From Armatimonadota bacterium (GTDB taxonomy: Bacteria; Armatimonadota; UBA5829; DSUL01): DNA of 64,000 bases. The notes beneath the pieces were generated by a model. That model searched no databases. It had not been told where the DNA came from and saw only the letters and a program-made list of their open reading frames with translations. The translations under genes and the position numbers were made by a program. The DNA lies in NCBI GenBank assembly GCA_039811685.1, contig JBDHZC010000001.1, forward strand, positions 320,001-384,000. The letters are read 5' to 3'. Below are positions 1-10,806 of this stretch, piece after piece. Each line of letters opens with the position of its first letter. Positions within the stretch are counted from its first letter, which is position 1.

Positions 1-110
1 TTATTCATATCCAAACCTCACTTCCCGTAGTGTAAAGCTTACGCTATGATAGAGACACAATGAATCTTGTCAAGTGTATCTTCTTTGTTGAAGCGCGTAT
101 AAGGGGTGCA

Positions 111-1250
111 ATGCTGATGAGCCTGTTACTTGCCGGGACGGCCGGAAGTTGCGTGAATAGCTCTACGTTGAGCCTGTTTGCAGGAAAGGATCTTTCCAAA
201 CTGAGCCTTGAAGCGGCTGCTGTTTCCGGGGAAGAGATCGTGGTGGATTCATCCGCGAATCTGGCGCAAAAAGCAGGTTCAGGTCCGTCTGCTGGCAAGC
301 TGTATCGGCAGGCCCAGTTAACGACGCCGGTCATTGCTCCTCCGGAAGTTTTTGACCAGCTCATTGTCTCCTGGAACGCCTCGTGTCCTGAAGGTACGTG
401 GGTGGTAGTGGAAGCGCGGGCGCGTCAGGCTGGGAAGTGGAGTCCGTGGTTCAATCTTGGGTACTGGGCTCTTGACACCACAATTACGCGCACGAGCATT
501 AGTGGCCAGAAGAATGCTTTCGGGCGAGTAGATACGGACACGCTGGTGCTGTCAAAGCCCGCGGACGCCGCTCAGGTGCGCCTGCAACTGTGCTTTACGG
601 GCAAGAAGACACCGTCTGTCAAGCTAATTGCGTGCGATCTCTCCAGGTCTTCAGAAAGTGGCGATATTGCGGCATCGTCAAACGCAAAGACTCCGTTGGA
701 TGTTCCGCAGATCTCCCAGCTTTCTTATCCACCGAAAGGCTCCGTGTGGTGCAGTCCGACGTCCGTGACAATGGTTATGAATTACTGGGCGCAAAGGCTC
801 CAGCGCTCAGAACTCGCGACAGACGTTCGCTTAGCTGCCGCTGCCATCTACGATGAGCAATGGGGCGGCACAGGAAATTGGACTTTCAATACGGCGTTTG
901 CCGGATCTCGCCCGGGTTTGCGCGCGTTCTGTACTCGCCTGCGTGGCTTTGCAGACGTGCAACGCTGGACGGACAGGGGTGTGCCGGTCATCCTCAGCAT
1001 CTCGACCAAAATCCTCTATGACAGGCAGACCGGCGGGGACAGCGGCCATCTCATCGTTTGTGACGGCTTTGATGACAAGGGTGATCCAGTCGTCAACGAT
1101 CCATACACAAAGCTGGACGAAGGACAGAGTGTCCGGAGAACTTATCCGCGCGAGAAGCTTTTCAAAGCGTGGCGTTCTTCCCTAGGAACGGTCTACCTCA
1201 TCTACCCGGAGTCTATGGACAAGGAGACAGCCACTCTTCTCAGTCAGTAG
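111..1250 (+). CDS. Peptidase C39-like family protein (secreted)
   Basis: Papain-like triad motifs WCSPTS, GHLIV and NDP, plus GNWTFN. ATG 111 follows AAGGGG and starts a hydrophobic N-terminus. The ORF track starts it at 60. Confidence 0.8.
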   Translation: MLMSLLLAGTAGSCVNSSTLSLFAGKDLSKLSLEAAAVSGEEIVVDSSANLAQKAGSGPSAGKLYRQAQLTTPVIAPPEVFDQLIVSWNASCPEGTWVVVEARARQAGKWSPWFNLGYWALDTTITRTSISGQKNAFGRVDTDTLVLSKPADAAQVRLQLCFTGKKTPSVKLIACDLSRSSESGDIAASSNAKTPLDVPQISQLSYPPKGSVWCSPTSVTMVMNYWAQRLQRSELATDVRLAAAAIYDEQWGGTGNWTFNTAFAGSRPGLRAFCTRLRGFADVQRWTDRGVPVILSISTKILYDRQTGGDSGHLIVCDGFDDKGDPVVNDPYTKLDEGQSVRRTYPREKLFKAWRSSLGTVYLIYPESMDKETATLLSQ

Positions 1251-1260
1251 AGCGCGGGCT

Positions 1261-2817
1261 CTAAGCGGGCGCCATGGCAGGCCACTCCAGAGGCACGCCA
1301 CGGGAGCGAAGCGCATCTTGTAGCGCTTTCAGGTGATTGCTGTCTTCTCGCACCTGATGAATAGTAACGCCTGTCGCGTTCACATAGGCGGCAAGCGTTC
1401 CCGCCGCCTCGCCGATATTCCACTCAACAGGATGCAGCCTGTACGCGCCGTTTGAAATGTGCGTTGTGCCAATGTTTTTGCACGCTGCGATGAGGTTGCG
1501 CATGCGCTGGGGAATCAGCGCTCCCAGGGGAATCTGAAAAGGACAACAGCCAATATCGATAAAGCGGCTGGACTGGGCGCACATGTGAATGTCTATGCGG
1601 TAGAGCCCGATCCCGACACTGTCAACAAAGCTCTCAGCCAGAGGGCCGGGTTGGCAATCGGGGGAGATGTGCTGCTCAAGAACGCGGAAAACAGGCAGGA
1701 TTCTCCGTGACTCGCGAACGTAAGGGTACTGCGCCAGTCCGTCTTCCGTCCCTACTAAATCGGGACGCAGCCTGAGTCCCGGAAAGCCTGTGCCACCGTC
1801 TGGTCTTGGCGCTTCGGTCTGCATCCAGTACAGCAAGCTGAGACTCAGGCGCTTTCCGGCATCCAGGACTTCCTGCCGGACGTCTTCTGATTTGTCGAGG
1901 AAATTACCACGGAAATCGTTTTGTGGCCAGTTCACCAGAGTCACGTCCCCGGGGAAGGCCCCTGCTGCAAACTGCGCAGCATCCAGTACTCGACGGTAGC
2001 GCCATAGAGAGACGCCTTCCCATCCGGGAGCATCCCACAGAATGAACGGACGGTCGGCGCCAGTGATCGGGTGAATCTGTAACCACTGGATAGGCTGGGC
2101 GTCGCGCAGCGCCTCGTAGCCTTTAGGTTTTTCTATGACGTGATCTTCCCCTGCGCAATGATCCATCAGGAAACACCACGTGAAGGACTGCACATCTTCC
2201 GGGTTGGCGCTGCCTTCCAGGGCATGTGGCTCTCCGGTGTCGTTTTGCGACTCTGCGCCGCTCACGTATTCAGTGCCAGTCAACGGCAGAAGGTCTCCGG
2301 TCTCTGTGGCGTCTATCACTACTGGTGCGTGGACGCCTATTTCGCCACCACTCCTGAGACTGCGAAAAGTTACTGATCGGACCCAATCACCTTGGACATC
2401 AGCGGAGCATGGAATGTGTTCCGGGAAAAGCTGGATGCGGCCTGAAGTGATGTGTGGAGCAAGCATCTCGTGTAGAACAGCCAAACCAACACGGGGTTCC
2501 TGGCAAAGATGACTCACCCATCCATTGCCCGGATTGAAGGTTGGATTGGCGCGGACTTCCGGGCGAAGCGGGTAGTTGCGCCGGTAATAGTCGCGAATTC
2601 CATTGCGAAGTCTATACCAGGACCTCGTGGCCCCAAAGCTCTCAATGTAACGATTCTCATCCGGACAGGAGACAGCCTGCGAAGTGAGTTGCCCTCCAAT
2701 CCAGGCGCATCCCTCAGTCAAGATGACCCGCTGATCCATCTCAGCAGCAGCCAGCGCAGCCGCGCATCCTCCAAGGCTTGCGCCGGCGACCAGAACGTCA
2801 CAACTCAGCTCTTTCAT
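1261..2817 (-). CDS. FAD-dependent oxidoreductase (FAD_oxidored family)
   Basis: Rossmann motif DVLVAGASLGGCAAALAAA, GGQLTSQ, DATETGDL, YVRESRRI, AYRLHPVEWNIGEAAG. Confidence 0.85.
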   Translation of the reverse strand: MKELSCDVLVAGASLGGCAAALAAAEMDQRVILTEGCAWIGGQLTSQAVSCPDENRYIESFGATRSWYRLRNGIRDYYRRNYPLRPEVRANPTFNPGNGWVSHLCQEPRVGLAVLHEMLAPHITSGRIQLFPEHIPCSADVQGDWVRSVTFRSLRSGGEIGVHAPVVIDATETGDLLPLTGTEYVSGAESQNDTGEPHALEGSANPEDVQSFTWCFLMDHCAGEDHVIEKPKGYEALRDAQPIQWLQIHPITGADRPFILWDAPGWEGVSLWRYRRVLDAAQFAAGAFPGDVTLVNWPQNDFRGNFLDKSEDVRQEVLDAGKRLSLSLLYWMQTEAPRPDGGTGFPGLRLRPDLVGTEDGLAQYPYVRESRRILPVFRVLEQHISPDCQPGPLAESFVDSVGIGLYRIDIHMCAQSSRFIDIGCCPFQIPLGALIPQRMRNLIAACKNIGTTHISNGAYRLHPVEWNIGEAAGTLAAYVNATGVTIHQVREDSNHLKALQDALRSRGVPLEWPAMAPA

Positions 2818-3058
2818 CCTCTATCAACAAACTCCGTGGTCATTGTTCAACTCCAGGCAGACACTCTGGATTTCGCGCGCGTGAGTGAGAACCTGGAGAG
2901 AAAAGTTTCGCTTACACACGAGGCGTTTGTTCTCAGCAGGCAGCCTGATTTCCTGCCGTAGAGGGAAGGCGCAGGAGAGAGGGAAGTCGCTGCAGAATCT
3001 CTCTGCGTGTCAGCAACATTGCCAACACTTAGCGAACGATGAATTGACGATTACCACT

Positions 3059-5176
3059 ATGAAAATGAAAGCGGTTCAATATCAGATGATACGTAGAGGC
3101 CTTTTGCGTGTCCTCAGATGGCCAAGCCCGCGTCTATTGAGCCTGTGGGCGCTGCTGGCTGTGATAGCGTCCGTGTCTTTGGCGAGTAGCGGGCTGACCC
3201 AGGAGATTGCTACTGACTCCGACCATTTTGAGCAGACTGTTCAACAGGCTATCAGCAGAGTCAAACCAGCGCTCATCCGCATTATGGTGGTAGAGGCTAA
3301 CTACGATGAGGGCAGGGAGAGCAAGGACGAAGCAGCCGGCAGTGGCGTCGTGATTTCCCCGGAAGGCTATGCCGTTACAAATCATCACGTCGCGGGCGAG
3401 GCAAAAAGCATGGTCGTCACGCTCTCCACAAAGGAGGAACTGGACGCGACGCTTGTTGGCACAGACCCACTCTCCGACATTGCGGTAATCAAGCTCAAGG
3501 GCGCTCCCGGCCGCAAGTTCGCGACGGCAGAGTTCGCGGATTCCTCGAGCGTGCGCGTTGGGGACAGGGTGCTGGCAATGGGCAGTCCCTTCGCCCTGTC
3601 GCAGTCTGTGACAACAGGGATGGTCAGCAATGTGGAGATGATCATGCCGGAGTTTATGTGGCCCTTCAACAAACTGGAGTTGAGTGGTGAGGACGTGGGG
3701 TCCATGGTGCGCTGGATCGGACACGACGCTCTGATAGCCGGTGGCAACTCAGGAGGCCCTCTGGTCAATCTTCAGGGTCAAATCATTGGCATCAACGAGA
3801 TTGACTTTGCGTTGAGTGGAGCCATTCCGTCAAACATAGTCCGGGATGTCGCCGAGCAGATAATCAAGAACGGTCACGTAGTAAGAAGCTGGCTTGGAAT
3901 TGACATACAGCCGCTCCTAAAATCTTCAACTCTGACAGTGGGAGCGCTGGTTGGCGGTATAGTGGCGGACAGTCCCGCCAGTAAAGCCGGGCTGAAGTCC
4001 GGAGACATCATTAAGCAGATCAACGGAAAGCCTGTTACTGTGCGTTTCGGTGAGGACGTGCCAATTTTCAACCAGACGATTGCTGCGCTACCCGTCAATC
4101 AGCCTGTCGAAATCCTTGTCAGCCGCAATGGTAAGGATATAACAGTCAGACCAACGACTGTGGAGCGGGAAGAAGCCGAGCCAAAAGAACGCGAACTGAA
4201 AGCCTGGGGTATCACGGTGCGCAATATATCGTCCCCTATTGCCCGTGATCTAGGGCGGGACAAGATGTCTGGCGCAATGGTAACAGGCGTAACCACAAGC
4301 GGTCCAGCGGCAGATGCCAAGCCTCCGATCCAGGACAAAGACGTTATCGTGAAAGTTGGCGGGCGACCGATCAAGAGCGTCGCGGAGCTTGTCAAGGTTA
4401 CCAGCGACGTTATTGGCAAGAGCAAGGAACGTGTGCCCGCGCTTGTAGAGTTCGATAGAAAGACGGAGCGCTACGTCACTGTAGTGAGATTGGGGATAGA
4501 TCCGCTGCGCGATCCAGGTTTGGAAGCGGCCAAAGCGTGGGTTCCGATTGGAACTCAAGTTCTGACTTCGGACGTGGCGCAGGCTCTCGGCATTGCAGAG
4601 ACCCAGGGCGTGCGCGTGACAGAAGTCTATCCAAACCATTCTGCCGCCAAAGCGGGGCTCAAGGTAGGCGATATCATTACAAAACTCGACGGAGAGCAGA
4701 TTGAGGCTTCACAGCCGCAGGATTTCGAAGTGTTCCCGGCAATGGTGCGCGAAAAGACAATTGGCGATATGGCCAGATTGTCGGTATTGCGTGAGAAGAA
4801 ACCGATGACTATCGAAGTGGAGCTCGAGCCATCACCAAAGCTCCCAAGAGAAATGAAGCGCTACAGGAGTGAAGCCTTTGAGTTCACAGCCCGGAATGCA
4901 ACCTTCTCGGACAAAGACCGCCGTAGATCAACTGGCGCCACGGCCGGTGTCGTGGTCGAGAGCGTGGACGCAGGCGGGTGGGCTGCCGTAGGGCGCCTCG
5001 CTGTGGGAGACAAAATCGTATCTGTGCAGCATATCCCTGTTGAAAACGTCCAGCAGCTCTCCGAGGAGATGGACAAAGTTCGACAGCAAGAACCCAGATA
5101 TGTCGTATTCCAGGTCAAAAGAGGCAACACCGAGCTCTTCGTAGAGATTCAACCTGACTGGACAGTCAAGCAATAG
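3059..5176 (+). CDS. HtrA/DegP-like trypsin serine protease with about four PDZ domains
   Basis: Triad motifs TNHHV, DPLSDIA, GNSGGPL. Repeated PDZ signatures (SPASKAGLKSGDII, AAKAGLKVGDII). Start uncertain (3059 or 3086). Confidence 0.88.
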   Translation: MKMKAVQYQMIRRGLLRVLRWPSPRLLSLWALLAVIASVSLASSGLTQEIATDSDHFEQTVQQAISRVKPALIRIMVVEANYDEGRESKDEAAGSGVVISPEGYAVTNHHVAGEAKSMVVTLSTKEELDATLVGTDPLSDIAVIKLKGAPGRKFATAEFADSSSVRVGDRVLAMGSPFALSQSVTTGMVSNVEMIMPEFMWPFNKLELSGEDVGSMVRWIGHDALIAGGNSGGPLVNLQGQIIGINEIDFALSGAIPSNIVRDVAEQIIKNGHVVRSWLGIDIQPLLKSSTLTVGALVGGIVADSPASKAGLKSGDIIKQINGKPVTVRFGEDVPIFNQTIAALPVNQPVEILVSRNGKDITVRPTTVEREEAEPKERELKAWGITVRNISSPIARDLGRDKMSGAMVTGVTTSGPAADAKPPIQDKDVIVKVGGRPIKSVAELVKVTSDVIGKSKERVPALVEFDRKTERYVTVVRLGIDPLRDPGLEAAKAWVPIGTQVLTSDVAQALGIAETQGVRVTEVYPNHSAAKAGLKVGDIITKLDGEQIEASQPQDFEVFPAMVREKTIGDMARLSVLREKKPMTIEVELEPSPKLPREMKRYRSEAFEFTARNATFSDKDRRRSTGATAGVVVESVDAGGWAAVGRLAVGDKIVSVQHIPVENVQQLSEEMDKVRQQEPRYVVFQVKRGNTELFVEIQPDWTVKQ

Positions 5177-5226
5177 CAAGCCAAACCTGTCCTGGCGCAT
5201 TTGTCCGGCCAGGCTATGGAGATTTT

Positions 5227-6081
5227 ATGAAAACCAGCGTAATAAGCACAGCCACCCTTGCCATCGCTCTATTGGCATCGAGCCGGGCGCCGGCCGATCT
5301 CTCTGCAGATCAGGCCAGGGATATCCTGAACAAAGTCGCTCCCGCGGTGGTTTCAGTGCGAACGGCCACAAAAACGACGATGGCCATGGAAGGCCGGCAG
5401 GCTGACAAAATAGATCAAGAGAGTGAATCGACCGGATGCGTAGTGAGTCCGGACGGGTTGACGGCGGTAAGCCTGACCGGCATTGACCCGTACTCTTCCT
5501 ACGGAGATATGTTCGCCTCAATGGGAGACGATTTCCGCGTCGATGTGCAGTCGGAGATATCAGATATTAAGCTACGATTCAACAACGGTACGGAAGTGCC
5601 GGCTGAAGTTGTCATTCGGGATAAAGACCTGGATATCGCCTTTGTGCGCCCGAAGAAGAAGCTTGCGGCGCCAGTCCCGTTTGTAGATCTCAGTGCGTCC
5701 GGTGATGCCGAAATATTGGATTCTACACTGGTTGTGACGCGCTTCGGCAAACAGAACCGGTGGGAGACAATGGCCAGCGTTGCGCGGATCCGGGCAGTTT
5801 TCACAAAGCCACGTAGGATGTTCTTGCTACAGGAGATGGGCGATCGGGCACAGGAGTCTCTCGGGTCGCTGGCGATGTCTCAGGAAGGCAAAACTCTCGG
5901 CGTAATTCTGCTCCGGAGACTGCCAGCTATGGGTAAGAACCGGCCAAACGCTTTTCTCATCGTCCTGCCGGCAAAGGATGTGATGACGGTGGCAAAGCAG
6001 GTGGAGCCATCTGCGTCATCCACCGGGATGTCGCCAGGGCAAAAGTCCACTGCCAAACCGGCAACTGCTTCTAAGAATTGA
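5227..6081 (+). CDS. Secreted trypsin-like domain protein, catalytic His/Ser apparently absent
   Basis: Signal peptide; PAVVSV, TGCVVSPDG and DKDLDIAFVR resemble the HtrA protease fold; no GxSGG motif. Confidence 0.65.
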   Translation: MKTSVISTATLAIALLASSRAPADLSADQARDILNKVAPAVVSVRTATKTTMAMEGRQADKIDQESESTGCVVSPDGLTAVSLTGIDPYSSYGDMFASMGDDFRVDVQSEISDIKLRFNNGTEVPAEVVIRDKDLDIAFVRPKKKLAAPVPFVDLSASGDAEILDSTLVVTRFGKQNRWETMASVARIRAVFTKPRRMFLLQEMGDRAQESLGSLAMSQEGKTLGVILLRRLPAMGKNRPNAFLIVLPAKDVMTVAKQVEPSASSTGMSPGQKSTAKPATASKN

Positions 6082-7997
6082 TCTACCAGACTTTGCTTCT
6101 GGTGATAGGCTTGCTGATACTTATGAGTATTTCCTCACCTTCTGACGCCTCAGTTGACCAAGCGCATGATGCGAAAGACTCAAGCGTGCTGTCCACACGG
6201 AAGAGTCCGCATGCGCGCATTCACCCTGTACCCATCAGCTCCGTCCGGATGATGGCCGGTTTCTGGAAGCCCTGGATGGAAGCTAACAGAACGAAGGGAC
6301 TGCCGGCGCTACTGGAACAGCTTGAGCAGCATGGAGTTGTGGACAATTTTCGCCGGATGTCTGGCCGTAAGGCTGTGGAGCGCAAGGGACCTTACTTCAG
6401 CGATTCCGATCTGTACAAGTGGATGGAGGGCGCCGCCTGGGCGGTGGCTTCGGATGAAGATGCAGCGCTCGAATCCAAACTGGACGCAGTTATTGACGAT
6501 GTCGCTGCAGCTCAGCGTCCAGACGGTTATCTTAATACCTTCTTTGTGGACGATATAGAGGGTCAGCGTTTTCGTAACCTCAGTACTGAGCACGAGCTGT
6601 ACTGCGCTGGCCATTTATTCCAGGCGGCCATCGCTCATTATCGCGCAACTGGAAAAGCTGCGCTGCTCAAAGTGGCTGAACGCTTTGCGGATTACCTCGT
6701 TGATCACTTCGGCCCGGGAAAGATTGAGCAGGTTGACGGGCATCCTGAAGTTGAGATGGCGCTCATCGAGTTGTATAGAACGACTGGCAGGAGAAGCTAT
6801 CTGGAACTGGCAGGGTTCATGATCAGCGCTCAGCATTTTGCGCTGCGCCAGCAGATCGGTGGGCACGCTGTCCGGGAAGGATACATCGCCGCTGGCGCCG
6901 CTGACTACTTCGCAGAGACTGGAGACGAGGCTCTGCACAGGGCTCTGGATGTCGTTTGGCACGATATGTCTTCAGGCAAGGTGTACATAACAGGCGGTCT
7001 GGGATCCCGTCACGGCGGAGAGGCAGTTGGCAACGCCTATGAGCTGCCCAATGAACGCGCTTACGCTGAGACCTGTGCCGCCATCTCTAACGCCATGTGG
7101 AACTTTCGCATGCTGGGAATTACTGGCGATGGGCGTTACGCCGACATGATGGAGCGAGCTCTCTACAACGGCTTTCTGTCAGGCGTGTCGCTCGATACAG
7201 CGCACTGGTTTTATGTCAACCCGCTGGCCTGCTGGGAAAGCTATCAGCGCTCAGCGTGGTTTGGATGCACGTGCTGTCCGACAAACGCCGTGCGAATGCT
7301 GGCTTCTATTCCCGGTTATCTCTACGGCACAAGCGATGACGGAATCTGGGTTCACCTGTATGAAGACTCGCAGCTGGAGTGGTGTCTGTCTGATGGCGTC
7401 AAGGTATTACTCACCCAGGAGACGCACTATCCGTGGGAAGGAAAAGTCAGGCTGACAGTCAACCCTGAGCGTGACACTGAATTTTCCATTCATCTCAGGG
7501 CGCCTGCGTGGTGCTCGAAGCTGTCAGTGGCTGTGTGCGGAGAAAAGCTGTCCTCTGAAATTACCAACGGCTACATTACCATCTCGCGCAAGTGGAAGCG
7601 AGGAGACAACGTCGAGCTGACCATGGAGATGCCTGTAGAGCTGATGGAGTCAGACCGGCGCGTGGCGGAAAACCGCGCTTCTGCTGCATTGCAGCGTGGG
7701 CCGCTGGTTTATTGTCTTGAGAGTACGGACAATCCGGGCTTGTCTTTGCGTGGCGTCCAAATCAGCCGAACGGCAAAGTTCGAGCCTCGCTCCGGGCCAG
7801 AATTGCTGGGTGGAGTCACTGTGCTGGCCGGTGTTGGTACGGAGACACCTTTTGAGGAGGGCGCGCCACTGTACCGCCCTCTGGGAAGTCTGAAGTCTCC
7901 TGAAGCGACACAGGCGCAGTTGACAGCTATTCCGTACTACGCCTGGGCCAATCGCGGAATCTCACAGATGGAAGTGTGGATTCCGCTGGCCGACTGA
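6078..7997 (+). CDS. Glycoside hydrolase family 127 (beta-L-arabinofuranosidase-like)
   Basis: DSDLYKWMEG, HELYCAGH, GHAVR, YAETCA, CTCCP, IPYYAWANRG. Confidence 0.9.
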   Translation: MIYQTLLLVIGLLILMSISSPSDASVDQAHDAKDSSVLSTRKSPHARIHPVPISSVRMMAGFWKPWMEANRTKGLPALLEQLEQHGVVDNFRRMSGRKAVERKGPYFSDSDLYKWMEGAAWAVASDEDAALESKLDAVIDDVAAAQRPDGYLNTFFVDDIEGQRFRNLSTEHELYCAGHLFQAAIAHYRATGKAALLKVAERFADYLVDHFGPGKIEQVDGHPEVEMALIELYRTTGRRSYLELAGFMISAQHFALRQQIGGHAVREGYIAAGAADYFAETGDEALHRALDVVWHDMSSGKVYITGGLGSRHGGEAVGNAYELPNERAYAETCAAISNAMWNFRMLGITGDGRYADMMERALYNGFLSGVSLDTAHWFYVNPLACWESYQRSAWFGCTCCPTNAVRMLASIPGYLYGTSDDGIWVHLYEDSQLEWCLSDGVKVLLTQETHYPWEGKVRLTVNPERDTEFSIHLRAPAWCSKLSVAVCGEKLSSEITNGYITISRKWKRGDNVELTMEMPVELMESDRRVAENRASAALQRGPLVYCLESTDNPGLSLRGVQISRTAKFEPRSGPELLGGVTVLAGVGTETPFEEGAPLYRPLGSLKSPEATQAQLTAIPYYAWANRGISQMEVWIPLAD

Positions 7998-8019
7998 GAG
8001 CCCATCATAACCAAGAGAG

Positions 8020-9396
8020 TCAGGGCGCCTGAGCAGCCGCCTTGTCAGAGGCATAAAACTGCTTAGCGATGTCTGAGATTCTGGCTTCGCTCGTATTGCC
8101 TCTGTGTACAAGCACGCGATAGGCTAACGTTAGAGACTGCCCTTTCTTAAGCGTGTAGGAGCCATTTTCTGCGCTGTTGCCCGTGAACTCTTTGGCCCCA
8201 AAAGGATTTGCTGCGAACAGACCGTATTCCCGCGCATGCCAGTAGGTCGGAAAGCGGAAGTTGGTCGGATATTCGAGAATCGCGACACCTTCATTGCGTC
8301 CGCCGTTTGGTATGGCCACACCATTTGGCGCTGTCGTGGGAGTCACTCCGTAGTAATCAACCCAGGCAGCGCGCTTGCCCCACGCCTCTTTATCTTTGGA
8401 GCCTTCAGAGGTCTCGATGTGTCCAGAGCCGCCCTTGATTGTCATCCACTTGGGCACACGGATAGCGAAGGTCCCTTCCTTTGTATCTCCGAATGTGACG
8501 TCACCCTCGCTGGCTTTCAGCGTGACAAAGTAGTCAATCACGCGCGGGTTGTCGATATCCCAGAAAAGAATCGTGCGCTCATCTTGGAGAATGATCTTAC
8601 CGCCCGGAGCCTCCCAGTTGTTTTGTGAGGAGATCTTCAGAACATGCGGCGATTGCTCTCGAGAGAGCTTCGTCTCCCGGATTTTGCCTTTGTCGTCACC
8701 TTCGGCCCAGAAGTCAATTCCGTTGACGCTGCCGTGCGCAAACCACAGTCCCTTCTGATGTGGATGGTCCTGATCTTCACCCGGGATGTCCATCATCGGC
8801 CAGTTGCGTACGACATTGACGTAGTCCGGTCCAAAAATCGGCCAGACGAACGGCTTGTCTACAGCCGTGGAGTTGTAGCGGCCAAAGTACTTTCCATCCA
8901 GCATAGCCGTAATGTCAGCCTGTCCCGGTCCGAAGGCGAGCTTTTGTGGCTGCGGCGCATCTGAGGCTGGTTTGAAGCTGACGGTATATTCTTGCTTCTT
9001 ACCTGTCTCTACTCGAGGCAGGAGAGCGGCGACGTAGCTACGGCTACCAGCTGTAAAGCCAATTCCCCACTCGCTGCCTGTATCTGACCGCAATTGAGGC
9101 AACGCTTCGGCCTGTACCAGAGGAACCTGAAAGACAGCCGGCCACTCCTGTAAGTCCTGCGCGCCGGCAAGTGACACCACAGCAGGAGGCAGGACCTTCG
9201 GCTTCTGTTTAACTGTCGCAGGTGAAGGTGTGGGAGCAGGTTTCTGCGTCGGCTTTGCTGCAGGCTTCTTCGCTGGAGTTTTGGCGGTTGGCCTCGGTAC
9301 GGAGGCGGTCTTCGCGGCGCTCACCCCAGAGACTGGACAAATAACTGACAAGCCGAAACAGAGCGCAACGCCACCTAAAGAGAGAGTACGCGTCAT
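8020..9396 (-). CDS. PmoA-family (DUF6807-like) secreted protein
   Basis: DHPHQKGLWF, DTKEG, WHAREYGLFAANPFG; signal peptide followed by a Pro/Lys/Ala-rich linker. Confidence 0.78.
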   Translation of the reverse strand: MTRTLSLGGVALCFGLSVICPVSGVSAAKTASVPRPTAKTPAKKPAAKPTQKPAPTPSPATVKQKPKVLPPAVVSLAGAQDLQEWPAVFQVPLVQAEALPQLRSDTGSEWGIGFTAGSRSYVAALLPRVETGKKQEYTVSFKPASDAPQPQKLAFGPGQADITAMLDGKYFGRYNSTAVDKPFVWPIFGPDYVNVVRNWPMMDIPGEDQDHPHQKGLWFAHGSVNGIDFWAEGDDKGKIRETKLSREQSPHVLKISSQNNWEAPGGKIILQDERTILFWDIDNPRVIDYFVTLKASEGDVTFGDTKEGTFAIRVPKWMTIKGGSGHIETSEGSKDKEAWGKRAAWVDYYGVTPTTAPNGVAIPNGGRNEGVAILEYPTNFRFPTYWHAREYGLFAANPFGAKEFTGNSAENGSYTLKKGQSLTLAYRVLVHRGNTSEARISDIAKQFYASDKAAAQAP

Positions 9397-9510
9397 TGAA
9401 CTGCTGGATTCCTTTCCGCTTGGATCAGCCTGATTAGCGCTACGGCATCAAGAGCAGGCTAATCCGGTAGGATTGTTCCACTATCAAACAGCTTCGCTGT
9501 ATCTGAGATA

Positions 9511-10797
9511 TCAGTACACAAACATGTCCGGAGTAATCGCGACTTTCGTACCCTTCTCTGCTGCTTCGTTGGCTTTGATGGAGGCGACACACGCCTGCAA
9601 TGCGGTGTCGCGATTACACTTCGGCTGTTTTCCGGTGCGCACGCTGTCAAAAAACTCAACAAGTTCCACGTAGTAGTCGCTCTTCTTGGCCTTGTTCGCA
9701 CCCGTCAAACTCTCACCCGCCGCCTGAGCCTCTTCTTTGCGCGTCGCCTGCGCATCGAGAATGATAGCCTCTTTGCCCTTGGACGTGTCTTTCGCGGCAA
9801 GCGGAGCCCAGACGATGTCGGGAGCTTTGGCTTCTGGATACAGTAACGCCTTCTCAGGCTGGATAATCAACGTACCTTCATCGCCCATAAACTCTTCGCT
9901 GTAGGAATCGTAGGCGTTAGTCGTGATGGATGTGTACGTGCAGCGCACACCGTTCGGATATTCGTAAATTACGCTGATGTTATCGTAGGTGGTGCGCCCG
10001 TCTTTCCAGTAATCAATGCCGCCACTGGCCATGACAGAAGTCGGCGGAGACTGAAGGAACCAGTTGGCTATGTCCATCTGATGGCTGCCGAGCTCCGCCA
10101 TCAAACCGTGCGAAAACTCCTTGTACATTCGCCAGTTCAGCAGTTTTTCGTACTTGGCGTCGGGAATATCCCGGCGCCAGCTTCCATTCCTGTGCCATTG
10201 GGCCCGGACCTGAGTAATTCTGCCCAGGACGTTCTCTTTGGTGATTGCGTCGAAAGCTCTGCCGTAGTTTTCATTGACGCGCCGCTGGTGCCCGAGCTGA
10301 AGTATCTTCTTTTCGTCGCGTGAAGTTCGCGCCATGTCCTTGGCTTGGTCAATGGAGTAGGCCATCATCTTCTCGCAAAAAACATGCTTTCCAGCCTTCA
10401 GCGCGGCTATGGTGATCGGTGCGTGTAGATACAGAGGTGTGGCAATGATTACCGCCTGAATGTCTTTGCGGTCCAGCAGCCTTCTATAGTCGTCGTAGCC
10501 TTCAGCTCCCTTGGCCACGACTTTGGACTTCTCCAGATGAGGTGGATAAATGTCGCACGTGGCGACCATCTGCACACCAGGGACAGCAACCGCATGGCCC
10601 AGCAGCAGGGTACCCTGACTGCCTGTCCCGATGATGCCAGCTTTGATAGGCTCCGCATTCGACGGGCTGGTGGCGACACTGGCATTTTCTGCGAGCACAG
10701 ATCCGGCCACTCCTGCCGTCAATACGGCCGCAGCAGAGCTTTTCAGAAAGTCTCTGCGTGTTATACCAACCCCATTGTCCTGTTTTGAACTTTTCAT
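9511..10797 (-). CDS. Tat-exported Gfo/Idh/MocA family oxidoreductase
   Basis: TRRDFLK twin-arginine signal; GIIGTGSQG, IATPLYLH, KHVFCEK, ELGSHQMD. Confidence 0.9.
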   Translation of the reverse strand: MKSSKQDNGVGITRRDFLKSSAAAVLTAGVAGSVLAENASVATSPSNAEPIKAGIIGTGSQGTLLLGHAVAVPGVQMVATCDIYPPHLEKSKVVAKGAEGYDDYRRLLDRKDIQAVIIATPLYLHAPITIAALKAGKHVFCEKMMAYSIDQAKDMARTSRDEKKILQLGHQRRVNENYGRAFDAITKENVLGRITQVRAQWHRNGSWRRDIPDAKYEKLLNWRMYKEFSHGLMAELGSHQMDIANWFLQSPPTSVMASGGIDYWKDGRTTYDNISVIYEYPNGVRCTYTSITTNAYDSYSEEFMGDEGTLIIQPEKALLYPEAKAPDIVWAPLAAKDTSKGKEAIILDAQATRKEEAQAAGESLTGANKAKKSDYYVELVEFFDSVRTGKQPKCNRDTALQACVASIKANEAAEKGTKVAITPDMFVY

Positions 10798-10806
10798 TTG
10801 CTCCTC

